Below are positions 40,338-48,891 of a stretch of 64,000 nucleotides of DNA, piece after piece. This DNA is from a bacterium (GTDB taxonomy: Bacteria; Cyanobacteriota; Vampirovibrionia; Vampirovibrionales; Vampirovibrionaceae). The first letter of the stretch is position 1, and each line of letters opens with the position of its first letter. The DNA lies in assembly GCA_030429585.1 (NCBI GenBank), contig JAUIEU010000001.1, positions 2,147,848-2,211,847 on the forward strand, written 5' to 3'. The position numbers were made by a program, and so were the translations under genes. The notes below the pieces were generated by a model, which did not search any database, was not told the DNA's origin, and worked only from the letters and a program-made list of their open reading frames with translations.

Positions 40338-40706
40338 CTATAGCAACTTTTTTGTCTCAGGGTCAAATACATTGCCAGAATGATCCATGAAGACATGAGG
40401 TGTCTTAATTTCAGGCAAGATATGCTGCCTGAAATAATATTCAGGGTCTTTGCAACTGGGCTTAAAAGTTATTTTTAACATATCCCCTTTGGTAGCCAGC
40501 GTTGGTGAAGCCTGAATTTTTGAGCCTTCAAGTTTTCTTAAAAGCTCTTTCCCTTCCGACAAAACAACAAAAGCATTCCTTCCTGACTGAACTATCGTAG
40601 TGTTGTTAGGGCGCTCTTCTCTGTAACGTTCAAAAGCTTTCCATGGGAAACTGGGAGAAAGAACTATTCTGTGGTTGGGGTTAGTAAATTGAGTTTGCAT
40701 GGCCAA
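40338..40706 (-). CDS. Hypothetical protein in an AT-rich islet
   Basis: 122-aa ORF with lower local GC. Weak 'KGD..' beta-strand-like similarity to the other islet proteins. Confidence 0.4.
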   Translation of the reverse strand: MAMQTQFTNPNHRIVLSPSFPWKAFERYREERPNNTTIVQSGRNAFVVLSEGKELLRKLEGSKIQASPTLATKGDMLKITFKPSCKDPEYYFRQHILPEIKTPHVFMDHSGNVFDPETKKLL

Positions 40707-40736
40707 ATAAAGATTGAAAATATAAAAAATTGTCGA

Positions 40737-41270
40737 CTATAAGCGATGTTGTTTGAAAAACTGGGTGAGTTGGGTTTTGCAGTCGGTTTCACAAATGCCG
40801 CTAATAACGGTGGTGGTGTGGGCATTGGCGCCGGGGGTTAGGGTGCGGGCGTCTAGCTGACCGCCAAGGCCGCCTTGTTGGGGGTCGGCGGCACCAAACA
40901 CCACGGTGCCCACTTTGGCCTGCACCAGTGCACTGGCACACATTAGGCAGGGTTCTAGGGTGACAACTAGGGTGCAATGGGGTAACCGCCACTGGCCTAA
41001 CTGTTGGGCCACGTGGCGCATGGCCAGTATCTCGGCATGGCCGCAGGGGTCGTGGTTGGCCTCGCGGGTGTTGTGGGCTTGGGCAATAATATCGCCGTGC
41101 ACGTTCACCATAACAGCGCCCACGGGCACATCGCCTGCGACTTGGGCAAGCTCGGCCTGGTGTAAGGCCAGTTGCATCCACTGGTGGAGTTGTTGGTGGG
41201 TAAAGGCAGGGGGCATATCAACACCAAAAACAGCAGTATAGGCTGCTAAAATCGTAACAAAAGGTAACAA
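40737..41270 (-). CDS. tadA: tRNA-specific adenosine deaminase (CDA-fold zinc deaminase)
   Basis: 'CGHAEILAM' and 'EPCLMCASAL' zinc-binding motifs. Confidence 0.8.
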   Translation of the reverse strand: MLPFVTILAAYTAVFGVDMPPAFTHQQLHQWMQLALHQAELAQVAGDVPVGAVMVNVHGDIIAQAHNTREANHDPCGHAEILAMRHVAQQLGQWRLPHCTLVVTLEPCLMCASALVQAKVGTVVFGAADPQQGGLGGQLDARTLTPGANAHTTTVISGICETDCKTQLTQFFKQHRL

Positions 41271-41443
41271 ATCCTCGGTTTTTTGGAGGAGTATGTAACA
41301 AAAAACCTAGCGAGCCTTAAGCTCCGTATGACTATACTCGATACATACCTTAAGAGGGGCCATGAACCGTGGCCTTGTATGAGAGATGAACTGCCCTAAG
41401 CCCACTACGGGCCATACCCATAGGGATAACACCGAGGTGAGTT

Positions 41444-42076
41444 ATGGATAACACGAAACCCCAGCAACGCAAACGCCAACCCCGCCGTACGGGTAAATTG
41501 TTTAAGCATATTTCTTTTGGCAAGGTGGGCAACACCACCCCTCGCCAGCCGCGGGCCATTACCCCCGATGATTGGCAAGACTTGCAAGCGGATATTAATT
41601 GCCGCCCGGCAGCTTTGCCGCGTACCTCCTTTACGGCGATGCCAACCCCTGCCGAAACAGTCAGTGCCACGGTGGAAACCCAACCCACGGCCACCGGTGG
41701 GGCGGATGTACCCGCCGCCCTGCGCATACCCATGGCGGCTAAGTGGGCGGATGCGTGGCAAAACCCGGAGTACCACCCAGGTAGCGTGGTGGGCGGCATT
41801 GCCTTAATGGGCCAATGGTTGGCCGATTGGATGGGCATTGAAGACGATGATGAACTGGCCCTGCGCGATGCGTTATCTCAGCCATTGCAACTGAACGATG
41901 CCGAGCAGGAACTGTTGGATAGCATCCCAGATGTGACGCCAGACACCTTGTTTGCCGTTAAGCAACAACGGCGCCAGGCGGCCAGCACGGTGTTGCAATC
42001 ACGCTTCCCGAATACCATGCCGGTTACCAAACCCTTAACCCCACCCGGGCTAAAGCTGGTGCTGGATAGAAAATAA
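41444..42076 (+). CDS. Hypothetical protein (basic N-terminus, 210 aa)
   Basis: ORF only. Confidence 0.4.
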   Translation: MDNTKPQQRKRQPRRTGKLFKHISFGKVGNTTPRQPRAITPDDWQDLQADINCRPAALPRTSFTAMPTPAETVSATVETQPTATGGADVPAALRIPMAAKWADAWQNPEYHPGSVVGGIALMGQWLADWMGIEDDDELALRDALSQPLQLNDAEQELLDSIPDVTPDTLFAVKQQRRQAASTVLQSRFPNTMPVTKPLTPPGLKLVLDRK

Positions 42077-42081
42077 AAAAA

Positions 42082-42124
42082 CCTACCCAGGAATTACAGG
42101 GTTAGCGCATCCTGGATAGGTTTT
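42082..42124. terminator. Bidirectional terminator-like hairpin between the convergent 41444..42076 gene and the SPFH gene
   Basis: CCTACCCAGGA...TCCTGGATAGG stem with one mismatch, an A-run before and a T-run after. Confidence 0.45.
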
Positions 42125-42142
42125 AGGTTTGATTTAGTGTGC

Positions 42143-43117
42143 CTATTTTAGCGGTAGCAACACGTTGGCGCCGCCTTTGCTAACAACAACACTTTCCGGC
42201 GATTTGCCGTTCCACTTTTTGGCAATTTCTAGCTGAATAACCTCTGGGCTGCTGCGTAGGGCTTCACCCTTAATTTGCACGGCTTTGGCTTCGGCTTGGG
42301 CGTCTACAATGGTAATTTCCGCTTGCTTTCGGGCTTTATCTAGCTCGTATTTTTTAGCCAGGGCTTCTTGCTCTTTAATTTGCTTTTGCTCGATGGCGTG
42401 TTCTAGCTCATCGGTTAAATCAATATTGCTAATGGGTAGGTCTACTAGTTCTACCAATGCGGTAGAGGTCATCATTTTACTTTGCTCGGCTTCTACATCG
42501 GCAATTTGTTTTTGAAATTTGGCGATTTTGGCCTGCTTGTTTTTGTCGTCAGGTAACACTTCTATGTCGTGCTCAATATCGCGCACTTCTTTTTCTAGGG
42601 CCACCATTTCTTCTACCCCTACGGTGCGCTTTAGGCGGAGGGTTTTACGGATAAGGCGGGCCGCCTGAATTTTCACTTCTTCGCGGCTTTTTACTAAATC
42701 TTCGGCGCGGTACAGGGCGGCCACCTGTTTTAAACTATCCTGAATCCGAGGGTTAAGCAGTTCTTCGTAGGCGCGGTCGCCACGGTAGTTCACGTATAAA
42801 TCCACCACATGCTCTTTGGGGATGCGGTACAGGGCGTTAAAGGCAATTTTAACCGTCTGCAAATCGCTACTAAAGCAATTAGCCGTCCCCTGTACGGTTA
42901 CTTGCTTGGTGCGGATAGGGATAATGTTTTCAATAAACGGCACTTTAAAGTGTAGGCCGTTGCCGCGGGGGGTTTCGCTAGCGCTACCTAAGGTAATGCT
43001 AACCCCGGCATAGCCGGGTTGGATGACCGTAAAGGCTTGGGTGATAAGAAGAGCGGCAATAGCGGCCACCACAATAACCGTGTTAATGGAGTAGCCGAAT
43101 AAGGTATCTTTGGCCAT
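42143..43117 (-). CDS. SPFH/band-7 (prohibitin/HflC-like) membrane protein
   Basis: N-terminal TM plus SPFH core ('VQGTANCFSSDLQTVKIAFNALYRIPKEHVVDLYVNY') and a C-terminal coiled coil. Confidence 0.8.
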   Translation of the reverse strand: MAKDTLFGYSINTVIVVAAIAALLITQAFTVIQPGYAGVSITLGSASETPRGNGLHFKVPFIENIIPIRTKQVTVQGTANCFSSDLQTVKIAFNALYRIPKEHVVDLYVNYRGDRAYEELLNPRIQDSLKQVAALYRAEDLVKSREEVKIQAARLIRKTLRLKRTVGVEEMVALEKEVRDIEHDIEVLPDDKNKQAKIAKFQKQIADVEAEQSKMMTSTALVELVDLPISNIDLTDELEHAIEQKQIKEQEALAKKYELDKARKQAEITIVDAQAEAKAVQIKGEALRSSPEVIQLEIAKKWNGKSPESVVVSKGGANVLLPLK

Positions 43118-43166
43118 GGTGGTTGTGTCCCCGCCTCGTATAAAAAGTGAATAACCGCAATGTTGA

Positions 43167-43240
43167 TGGAGGTGGCACCCAGATTTGAACTGGGGATGGG
43201 AGTTTTGCAGACTCCTGCCTTACCACTTGGCGATGCCACC
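43167..43240 (-). tRNA. tRNA-Cys (anticodon GCA)
   Basis: I folded the cloverleaf by hand: acceptor GGTGGCA/TGCCACC, anticodon loop CT-GCA-AA, T-arm CCAGTTCAAATCTGG, discriminator U and encoded CCA. Confidence 0.85.
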
Positions 43241-43365
43241 ATCCATAAGCAACATTGGGCCTTACAGGATAGGGAGAACGGGGCCAAAAATCAACGGGAA
43301 TCCCCCGATTGTATTTGCTTTTGGTATGCTGACAGTTATCTTACTCATTTGTTAGGAACCTTCTT

Positions 43366-43578
43366 ATGCCCTGCCCTGTTTGTAATGGCCGCATTGTAAA
43401 AACCAGCACCGGTAAACGCTGCCTAAAAGCAGAGTGCAAAGGCAACGAAGAATTGGCGGCAGAAGGCGGCAAAGGGTTGGCCATGTGTTGTGGCAAAACC
43501 ATGCTGTACACGGGACTTAACCAGTTAGGCGAACCCGTTTACAAGTGCCACGAGTGTGGCCGCACCCAAAACTTATAA
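43366..43578 (+). CDS. Small zinc-ribbon protein (two CxxC pairs)
   Basis: 'CPVCNG...' and 'CHECGR' motifs. AGGAA SD. Confidence 0.5.
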   Translation: MPCPVCNGRIVKTSTGKRCLKAECKGNEELAAEGGKGLAMCCGKTMLYTGLNQLGEPVYKCHECGRTQNL

Positions 43579-43598
43579 TCACGGGTGGTTAGCAGCTA

Positions 43599-44093
43599 AT
43601 GGCACTTACCATTCAGGATGCAACGGTGGCAGATGTACCGGCATTATGGCGTATGCTGCGCGAACTGGCGGATTATGAAGGTTTGCTAACGCATTTTACC
43701 ATCACGCCGGAGGCGCTAGCGGCCTCTTTGTTTCCGGCAGAAGGTGATGACCCCCCACATACCTTTGCGGTGGTGGCTACAGATAATGGTACCCCGGCAG
43801 GTATGGTGATGTATCGCTACAACTATGCCACCTTTACAGGGGTTAAGGGCATTTATGTTGAAGATTTTTTTGTGCTGAAGGCCCATCGAGGCAAAGGCTA
43901 CGGCCGCCAGTTAATGGCCTATATGGCCAAGTTGGCTACCCAACAGCAATGTGGCCAGGTGGAATGGCAATGCCAGGACGATAACATGGAGGCCCAGCAG
44001 TTTTATAAAAAAATGGGGGCCACACCCATGCCCCACTGGGTTAGCCATCGGCTAGATAGTATGGCCATGCAAACCTTGGCGGCGCAGCAATAA
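43599..44093 (+). CDS. GNAT family N-acetyltransferase
   Basis: Acetyl-CoA motif A 'LKAHRGKGYGRQLMAYM'. The stop overlaps the next start (TAATG). Confidence 0.8.
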   Translation: MALTIQDATVADVPALWRMLRELADYEGLLTHFTITPEALAASLFPAEGDDPPHTFAVVATDNGTPAGMVMYRYNYATFTGVKGIYVEDFFVLKAHRGKGYGRQLMAYMAKLATQQQCGQVEWQCQDDNMEAQQFYKKMGATPMPHWVSHRLDSMAMQTLAAQQ

Positions 44094-45610
44094 TGGCGGG
44101 CGCGGTGGTCTCTGAAGCTTCTGTTGTGGTGGTGGGCGATGAGGTGGAAAGCTGCCTGACGGCAGTATCTGCCGCGCGGTTGCTGGGTAAGGATGGACGC
44201 GTCGTGTTGTTGCGGCTGCAACAGCCGGAGGAAGACGAAAAGGCCATGCTGGGCGGGCTGTGTACCCGTGCGGCGCTCAGTTATATGGATATTACCCCAG
44301 AGTGGGTGGCCCCGTTGTTTGGCGAATTTTTAGAAAAAGCAGGTGTGGTGCGGGTGGCCCTAGAGGCCCAAAAGGCCCACCAAGCATTAACAACCATGTT
44401 GGCGCAAGCCAATGTGCAGGTGTGCCACGCTAGCCATTATGTGCAGGCAGAAAAAGCAGACGACACCTGGCAACTAACGGATACCACCCGAGCCCTTGAG
44501 CTAAGGTGCCAGGTATTGATAGATGCCACGCCTGATGGCCACTTTGCTTGGTTGTGTGGCCCAGCAATAGAAGGTTTGGGCGGCATTTTAGGGGATGCGT
44601 GGCCCAATACGCTGGGGGTATCGCCAGTATTCCACACCACGGGGGTGGGTAGAGACGAGTTAATTAGGTTTGAAGAAAGCCTGCGTCAGCGGCCAGAAAC
44701 ACCGGCATTGATTGCGGCAGGGTTGCCATGGAAAACGTTAGAAGAGCAAGTTGAACTGTTGGCTCGCCCCGTGTTTAGCCCAGATGACATGGATTACATT
44801 GATATTTTAAACCCAGTGATTGGCTTGTGGTTTCACCATTGGTTGGGCCACCCACCCGGCGCGTACCCCACGGCGCCCATAAAAGTGGATGGCTTTAACA
44901 TTAGCCGCTTACCTGGCGACGTGTTGGGTTGGAATGGTTTAGTGGCCCTGTTGGATGACGTGGAAAGTCAATTGGCGCTGTCGCGCGGTACAGCTGCTTA
45001 CCCGTCCCAAATTATTGATGCGGCAGAAAAATTTGCTGGGTTTTTAATAGAAGTAGGCGGGTTTACCCAAGCTAAACTCACCCTGCCAGAGCGGCTGTAT
45101 GTGCGCCAAACCCGTCAGCACTGTATGCGCAGTACGGTTTCTGCTACAGATTTATTGCAGGGCGGCGTGGCTAAAGAAGACGCCATTGGTACCTTTAGCT
45201 ACTGGGTGGATTTACGCGGGGTTTCTTTGCAACAATGCTGGCCTAAACAGCCGGTGCTGCCTAAACCTACCTTTAACGTGGGTGTGCAGGCCCACCTAAG
45301 CCCCAAAAGCGATAACATGGCCCTGGTTAGCCGTAGTGCTGGGTTTGGGCCAATAGCTCAAGGCGCTTGCCGCATTGTGCAGCACTTGGCCCAAGTGGGC
45401 GAGGCCGTGGGCCTTATGGCCGCCCTTGCCGTGCAACACAAAAAGCCCTTGGCGGATATCCCGATAGGGTGGGTGCAGCAACAGTTGGAACAACGCTACC
45501 AAAGCAGCCAAAATAGAAGCTTGCCAGTGGCAGGCCACGCGGTATGGCCCCTTAACCAATGCAAAGCCCACCCAGCCCTAGCCAGAGAAACCACGTTGTT
45601 AGAAGGCTAA
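44093..45610 (+). CDS. FAD-dependent oxidoreductase-like protein with a degenerate dinucleotide-binding motif
   Basis: 'VVVVGDEVESCLTAVSAARLLGKDGRVVLL' has a Rossmann-like beta-alpha-beta with GxGxxG replaced. Translationally coupled to the GNAT gene. Confidence 0.45.
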   Translation: MAGAVVSEASVVVVGDEVESCLTAVSAARLLGKDGRVVLLRLQQPEEDEKAMLGGLCTRAALSYMDITPEWVAPLFGEFLEKAGVVRVALEAQKAHQALTTMLAQANVQVCHASHYVQAEKADDTWQLTDTTRALELRCQVLIDATPDGHFAWLCGPAIEGLGGILGDAWPNTLGVSPVFHTTGVGRDELIRFEESLRQRPETPALIAAGLPWKTLEEQVELLARPVFSPDDMDYIDILNPVIGLWFHHWLGHPPGAYPTAPIKVDGFNISRLPGDVLGWNGLVALLDDVESQLALSRGTAAYPSQIIDAAEKFAGFLIEVGGFTQAKLTLPERLYVRQTRQHCMRSTVSATDLLQGGVAKEDAIGTFSYWVDLRGVSLQQCWPKQPVLPKPTFNVGVQAHLSPKSDNMALVSRSAGFGPIAQGACRIVQHLAQVGEAVGLMAALAVQHKKPLADIPIGWVQQQLEQRYQSSQNRSLPVAGHAVWPLNQCKAHPALARETTLLEG

Positions 45611-46113
45611 ACCGTGAAAAAGGCGGGGGTTTTGTTGGTCAGGGTCTGGCTAAAATCGCGCTTTAGGGCCACCATATGCAGGGTGGTTAGGGCGGCATCT
45701 TTGCCTTTGCTTACGCGTGCTTCAGCTTGTTTGTCGGTATCGGTGGTAATTACCCCAAAGGCGACGGGTACCCCGGCGGCCAGTTGCACGTTTTGGATGC
45801 CACGGGCGGATTCAGCGCACACGTAGTCAAAGTGGGGGGTTTCCCCTTTAATCACGCAACCTAGGGCTATCACGCCATCCACACCGCGGGCTTCTAATAG
45901 CCATTGGGCGGCTAAGGGTAGTTCAAAGGCGCCGGGCACGGTAATGGGGTAAATGTTGTCGTCTTTAATGCCTTGGGCCGTCAGGGTTTCCATGGCGCTT
46001 TGGTATAGTTTGTTGGTAATGTGGTCGTTAAATTGGGCGGTAATAACCCCAATTTTAATATCGCTAAAATCGGTTTTGGCAAACAAACGTTCAACGGCAT
46101 CGCTGGTGGACAT
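45607..46113 (-). CDS. ribH: 6,7-dimethyl-8-ribityllumazine synthase
   Basis: 'IGVITAQFNDHIT' and 'ALGCVIKGETPHFDYV' motifs. I set the start at the internal Met 'MSTSD'. Confidence 0.9.
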   Translation of the reverse strand: MSTSDAVERLFAKTDFSDIKIGVITAQFNDHITNKLYQSAMETLTAQGIKDDNIYPITVPGAFELPLAAQWLLEARGVDGVIALGCVIKGETPHFDYVCAESARGIQNVQLAAGVPVAFGVITTDTDKQAEARVSKGKDAALTTLHMVALKRDFSQTLTNKTPAFFTV

Positions 46114-46222
46114 GGCAATTTCTCCTTCAACACATGCCCCTATTATGCATGGTAATGCAGTCACTTCCAAGGCACCTTTGGGTTTTTATAGGGTATAACC
46201 GAATGTAAGGGCCATATTTGTA

Positions 46223-46516
46223 GTGGTGGGTGCCGTATCTAATTTATTTCAGCCAATACAATTTTCCGCACGCTTACCTAGGTTAAATAAACGAACGGTT
46301 AGTACGGTTTTAGAGCGTATTAAGTTTATTGAAACCTTGATAGATAACTGTGACGAAACAATAATGCTTAATACCCATGGTTACGAAGCTGTAAATGCAA
46401 GTACCAAGTATAAAATTAGGTTTAAGGAAAACATTAGGCGTGCTAAAGACCTGAAGACCGACCTTGAGCAAGAGCTTAACGAGAGAAATAAATGGTTAGC
46501 TAAACATAAGGGGTAG
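46223..46516 (+). CDS. Hypothetical small protein in an AT-rich patch between ribBA and ribH
   Basis: ORF only. It sits on the opposite strand within the rib cluster. Confidence 0.3.
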   Translation: MVGAVSNLFQPIQFSARLPRLNKRTVSTVLERIKFIETLIDNCDETIMLNTHGYEAVNASTKYKIRFKENIRRAKDLKTDLEQELNERNKWLAKHKG

Positions 46517-46519
46517 CCC

Positions 46520-47770
46520 TTACAGCATGTGGCCTAGTTTTTCAGCCTTGGTATCCAGGTAGGCGGCGTTGGCGGTGTTTCGGCCAGGGGTAATGGGCAC
46601 TCGGTCGGCAATTTCTAGCCCGTAGCCATCTAGTCCTCGGATTTTACGCGGGTTATTGGTTAACAGGTTAAACCGCTTAATGCCTAGCTGGCGCAAAATT
46701 TGGGCGCCAATGCCATAATTCCGTAAATCTGGGGCAAAGCCTAGGGATTCGTTAGCTTGCACCGTATCTTGGCCGTCATCTTGCAGCGCATAGGCACGGA
46801 TTTTATTCAGCAGGCCAATGCCGCGGCCTTCATGCTTGCGAATGTATACCAAGGCCCCTAAGCCGTGGTTGGCAATTTGTTCTAATGCCCCATGGAGCTG
46901 GAAACCACAATCGCAGCGCAAGCTGCCCAGCAAATCGCCGGTAAGGCATTCGCTGTGCATACGCACCAGCGGGGTTTTATCCGGGTTTGGGGGTAGTTTA
47001 CCACTCGGCATGCCCTGCATAATGGCCACGTGTTCGCTGCCATCCAACAGGTTTCTAAAGCCAATCATGTCAAATTCGCCAAAGTGGGTGGGCAGTTTGG
47101 CCAGTGGGGTGGCAATTTCAACCATGTTTTCGTTGCGCAGGCGGTATTCAATCAGCTGGGCCACCGTAATAAAAGGGATGTTGTGCTTTTGGGCCAGGGC
47201 GTAAAGCGCATCGCGGCGGGCCATGGTGCCATCTGGGTTAAGGATTTCGCAAATAACGCCCGCCGGTTTTAGCCCAGCCAAGCGGGCTAAATCCACACTA
47301 GCTTCGGTATGGCCCACGCGTTGTAACACGCCACCTGGTTTGGCCCGTAGCGGAAAAATATGCCCAGGGCGGCGCAAATCGTTAGCGGTACCATCGGGGG
47401 CCACGGCTACTTGGATAGTTTTAGCGCGGTCTTGGGCAGAAATACCGGTGGTGACGCCGTACTTTGGGTGGGCATCAATGCTAACGGTAAAGGCGGTGCC
47501 GAGAGAATCTTCGTTTTTGGCCACCATATCGCCCAGTTGCAGGCGTTGGCAATCGTCGGGCATTAGGCTTAGGCAAATCAGCCCGCGGCCTTCGGTGGCC
47601 ATTAGGTTAATCAGCTCGGGGGATATTTTTTCGGCTGCGCAGACAAAATCGCCTTCGTTTTCGCGGTCTTCGTCATCGGTTACAATCACCACGCCACCCT
47701 GCTGGATGGCGATGATGGCCTCGTCAATGGTGTTGAATTCAATCGTGTTATCGGTAGATGCAGGGGTCAT
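46520..47770 (-). CDS. ribBA: Bifunctional 3,4-dihydroxy-2-butanone-4-phosphate synthase / GTP cyclohydrolase II
   Basis: DHBP synthase N-domain ('VTDDEDRENEGD') and GCHII C-domain with 'RMHSECLTGD' and CxxC zinc site. Confidence 0.9.
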   Translation of the reverse strand: MTPASTDNTIEFNTIDEAIIAIQQGGVVIVTDDEDRENEGDFVCAAEKISPELINLMATEGRGLICLSLMPDDCQRLQLGDMVAKNEDSLGTAFTVSIDAHPKYGVTTGISAQDRAKTIQVAVAPDGTANDLRRPGHIFPLRAKPGGVLQRVGHTEASVDLARLAGLKPAGVICEILNPDGTMARRDALYALAQKHNIPFITVAQLIEYRLRNENMVEIATPLAKLPTHFGEFDMIGFRNLLDGSEHVAIMQGMPSGKLPPNPDKTPLVRMHSECLTGDLLGSLRCDCGFQLHGALEQIANHGLGALVYIRKHEGRGIGLLNKIRAYALQDDGQDTVQANESLGFAPDLRNYGIGAQILRQLGIKRFNLLTNNPRKIRGLDGYGLEIADRVPITPGRNTANAAYLDTKAEKLGHML

Positions 47771-47839
47771 AAAAAGCCTAAAAATTATGTTTGGTTAGGA
47801 AACGAAATAACCATTATCCAAAATGGGGGACGCTCTGCG

Positions 47840-48607
47840 TCATTGTAAATTAAACCAGCGCCCGGTGTGGATTTGCGATGTGCCCATGGTGCTGGGGCAA
47901 AAGGCTTCGGATATAGGGTCGTTTGTGTTGGGTTTTGGCTGGGTGGGCTTGGGCTGGGCGGCATGGGTATAGGGCTGGTGGAGCTGGCTGACAATCTTCA
48001 CCAAGTGGTCGCACTCAATATTTACCGAGTCATCCAGTTGCCATTGGCCAATGGTGGTCACCGCCCATGTGTGGGGGATAATCGCCACGTCAAACACGGC
48101 GCCTTGGATATGGTTAATGGTTAAGCTAATGCCGTTAATGGTAATGCTGCCTTTGGGCAGTAAAAACTCAGCCACCTCTGGTTGGTTAAGGCGAAAATAC
48201 AGGCGGTGGCTGCTACCATCTGGTTGATGATCGATTAAGGTAGCGGTGGCATCCACATGGCCGGTTACCCAATGGCCGCCAAAGCGGTCGTTGGCGCGCA
48301 TGGCCCGCTCTAGGTTAAGGGGGTTGCCAGGCACACAGCGGCCCAGGGTCGTAACCGCCAAGGTCTCTGGGGAGAGATCTACGGTAAAGGTGGTTGTTTC
48401 CGCGCACTCTGTGATGGTGGTTACGGTGGTGCACACGCCGTTTAAGGCAATGCTTTCGCCAATCACCAGGGGGTCGTTGTTTACCCAGGTGTTGGGCACG
48501 GTTATGCCTACTGTTGTACCGCTGGCGGCATCGCCTTGGCCGGGTTGCGGGGCAAAAGGGTTACAGGTTGTAACAGTGCCGATGGTTTGAATAATGCCTG
48601 TAAACAT
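47840..48607 (-). CDS. ribE: Riboflavin synthase alpha chain, with a Pro/Thr-rich C-terminal extension
   Basis: 'MFTGIIQTIGTV' N-terminus and duplicated lumazine-binding repeats. The tail after ~aa 200 is PT-rich. Confidence 0.85.
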   Translation of the reverse strand: MFTGIIQTIGTVTTCNPFAPQPGQGDAASGTTVGITVPNTWVNNDPLVIGESIALNGVCTTVTTITECAETTTFTVDLSPETLAVTTLGRCVPGNPLNLERAMRANDRFGGHWVTGHVDATATLIDHQPDGSSHRLYFRLNQPEVAEFLLPKGSITINGISLTINHIQGAVFDVAIIPHTWAVTTIGQWQLDDSVNIECDHLVKIVSQLHQPYTHAAQPKPTQPKPNTNDPISEAFCPSTMGTSQIHTGRWFNLQ

Positions 48608-48891
48608 AAGAGTACAACGGTTTTTGAGGGGTAGGGCCTAGTATGGTGTTTGTTGTGTGGTGCGGTTTGTTGCTGTTATGCAATTTCCTGCGTACACTAA
48701 GGTATGCATTATAGAGAAATTCTGGTTAAGAATCTTCCTTTTACTCGTTTTTTCTTTACTGTGTGAGTACTGAGCGTTTTATTTTTTTGGGCACCTGTAC
48801 GGATAGATGCAGCCATACTCCTTAAGACCGCCAACCTATCAGCAGGCCACGGGCCATAGCCAACCCTTAGGGGCTTGGGTGGGGGCGTACT

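Noticed and set aside
48608-48891. Possible FMN riboswitch upstream of ribE
   Set aside because: I could not find the conserved RFN-element core sequences by eye on the minus strand. I leave it unannotated pending an Infernal scan.
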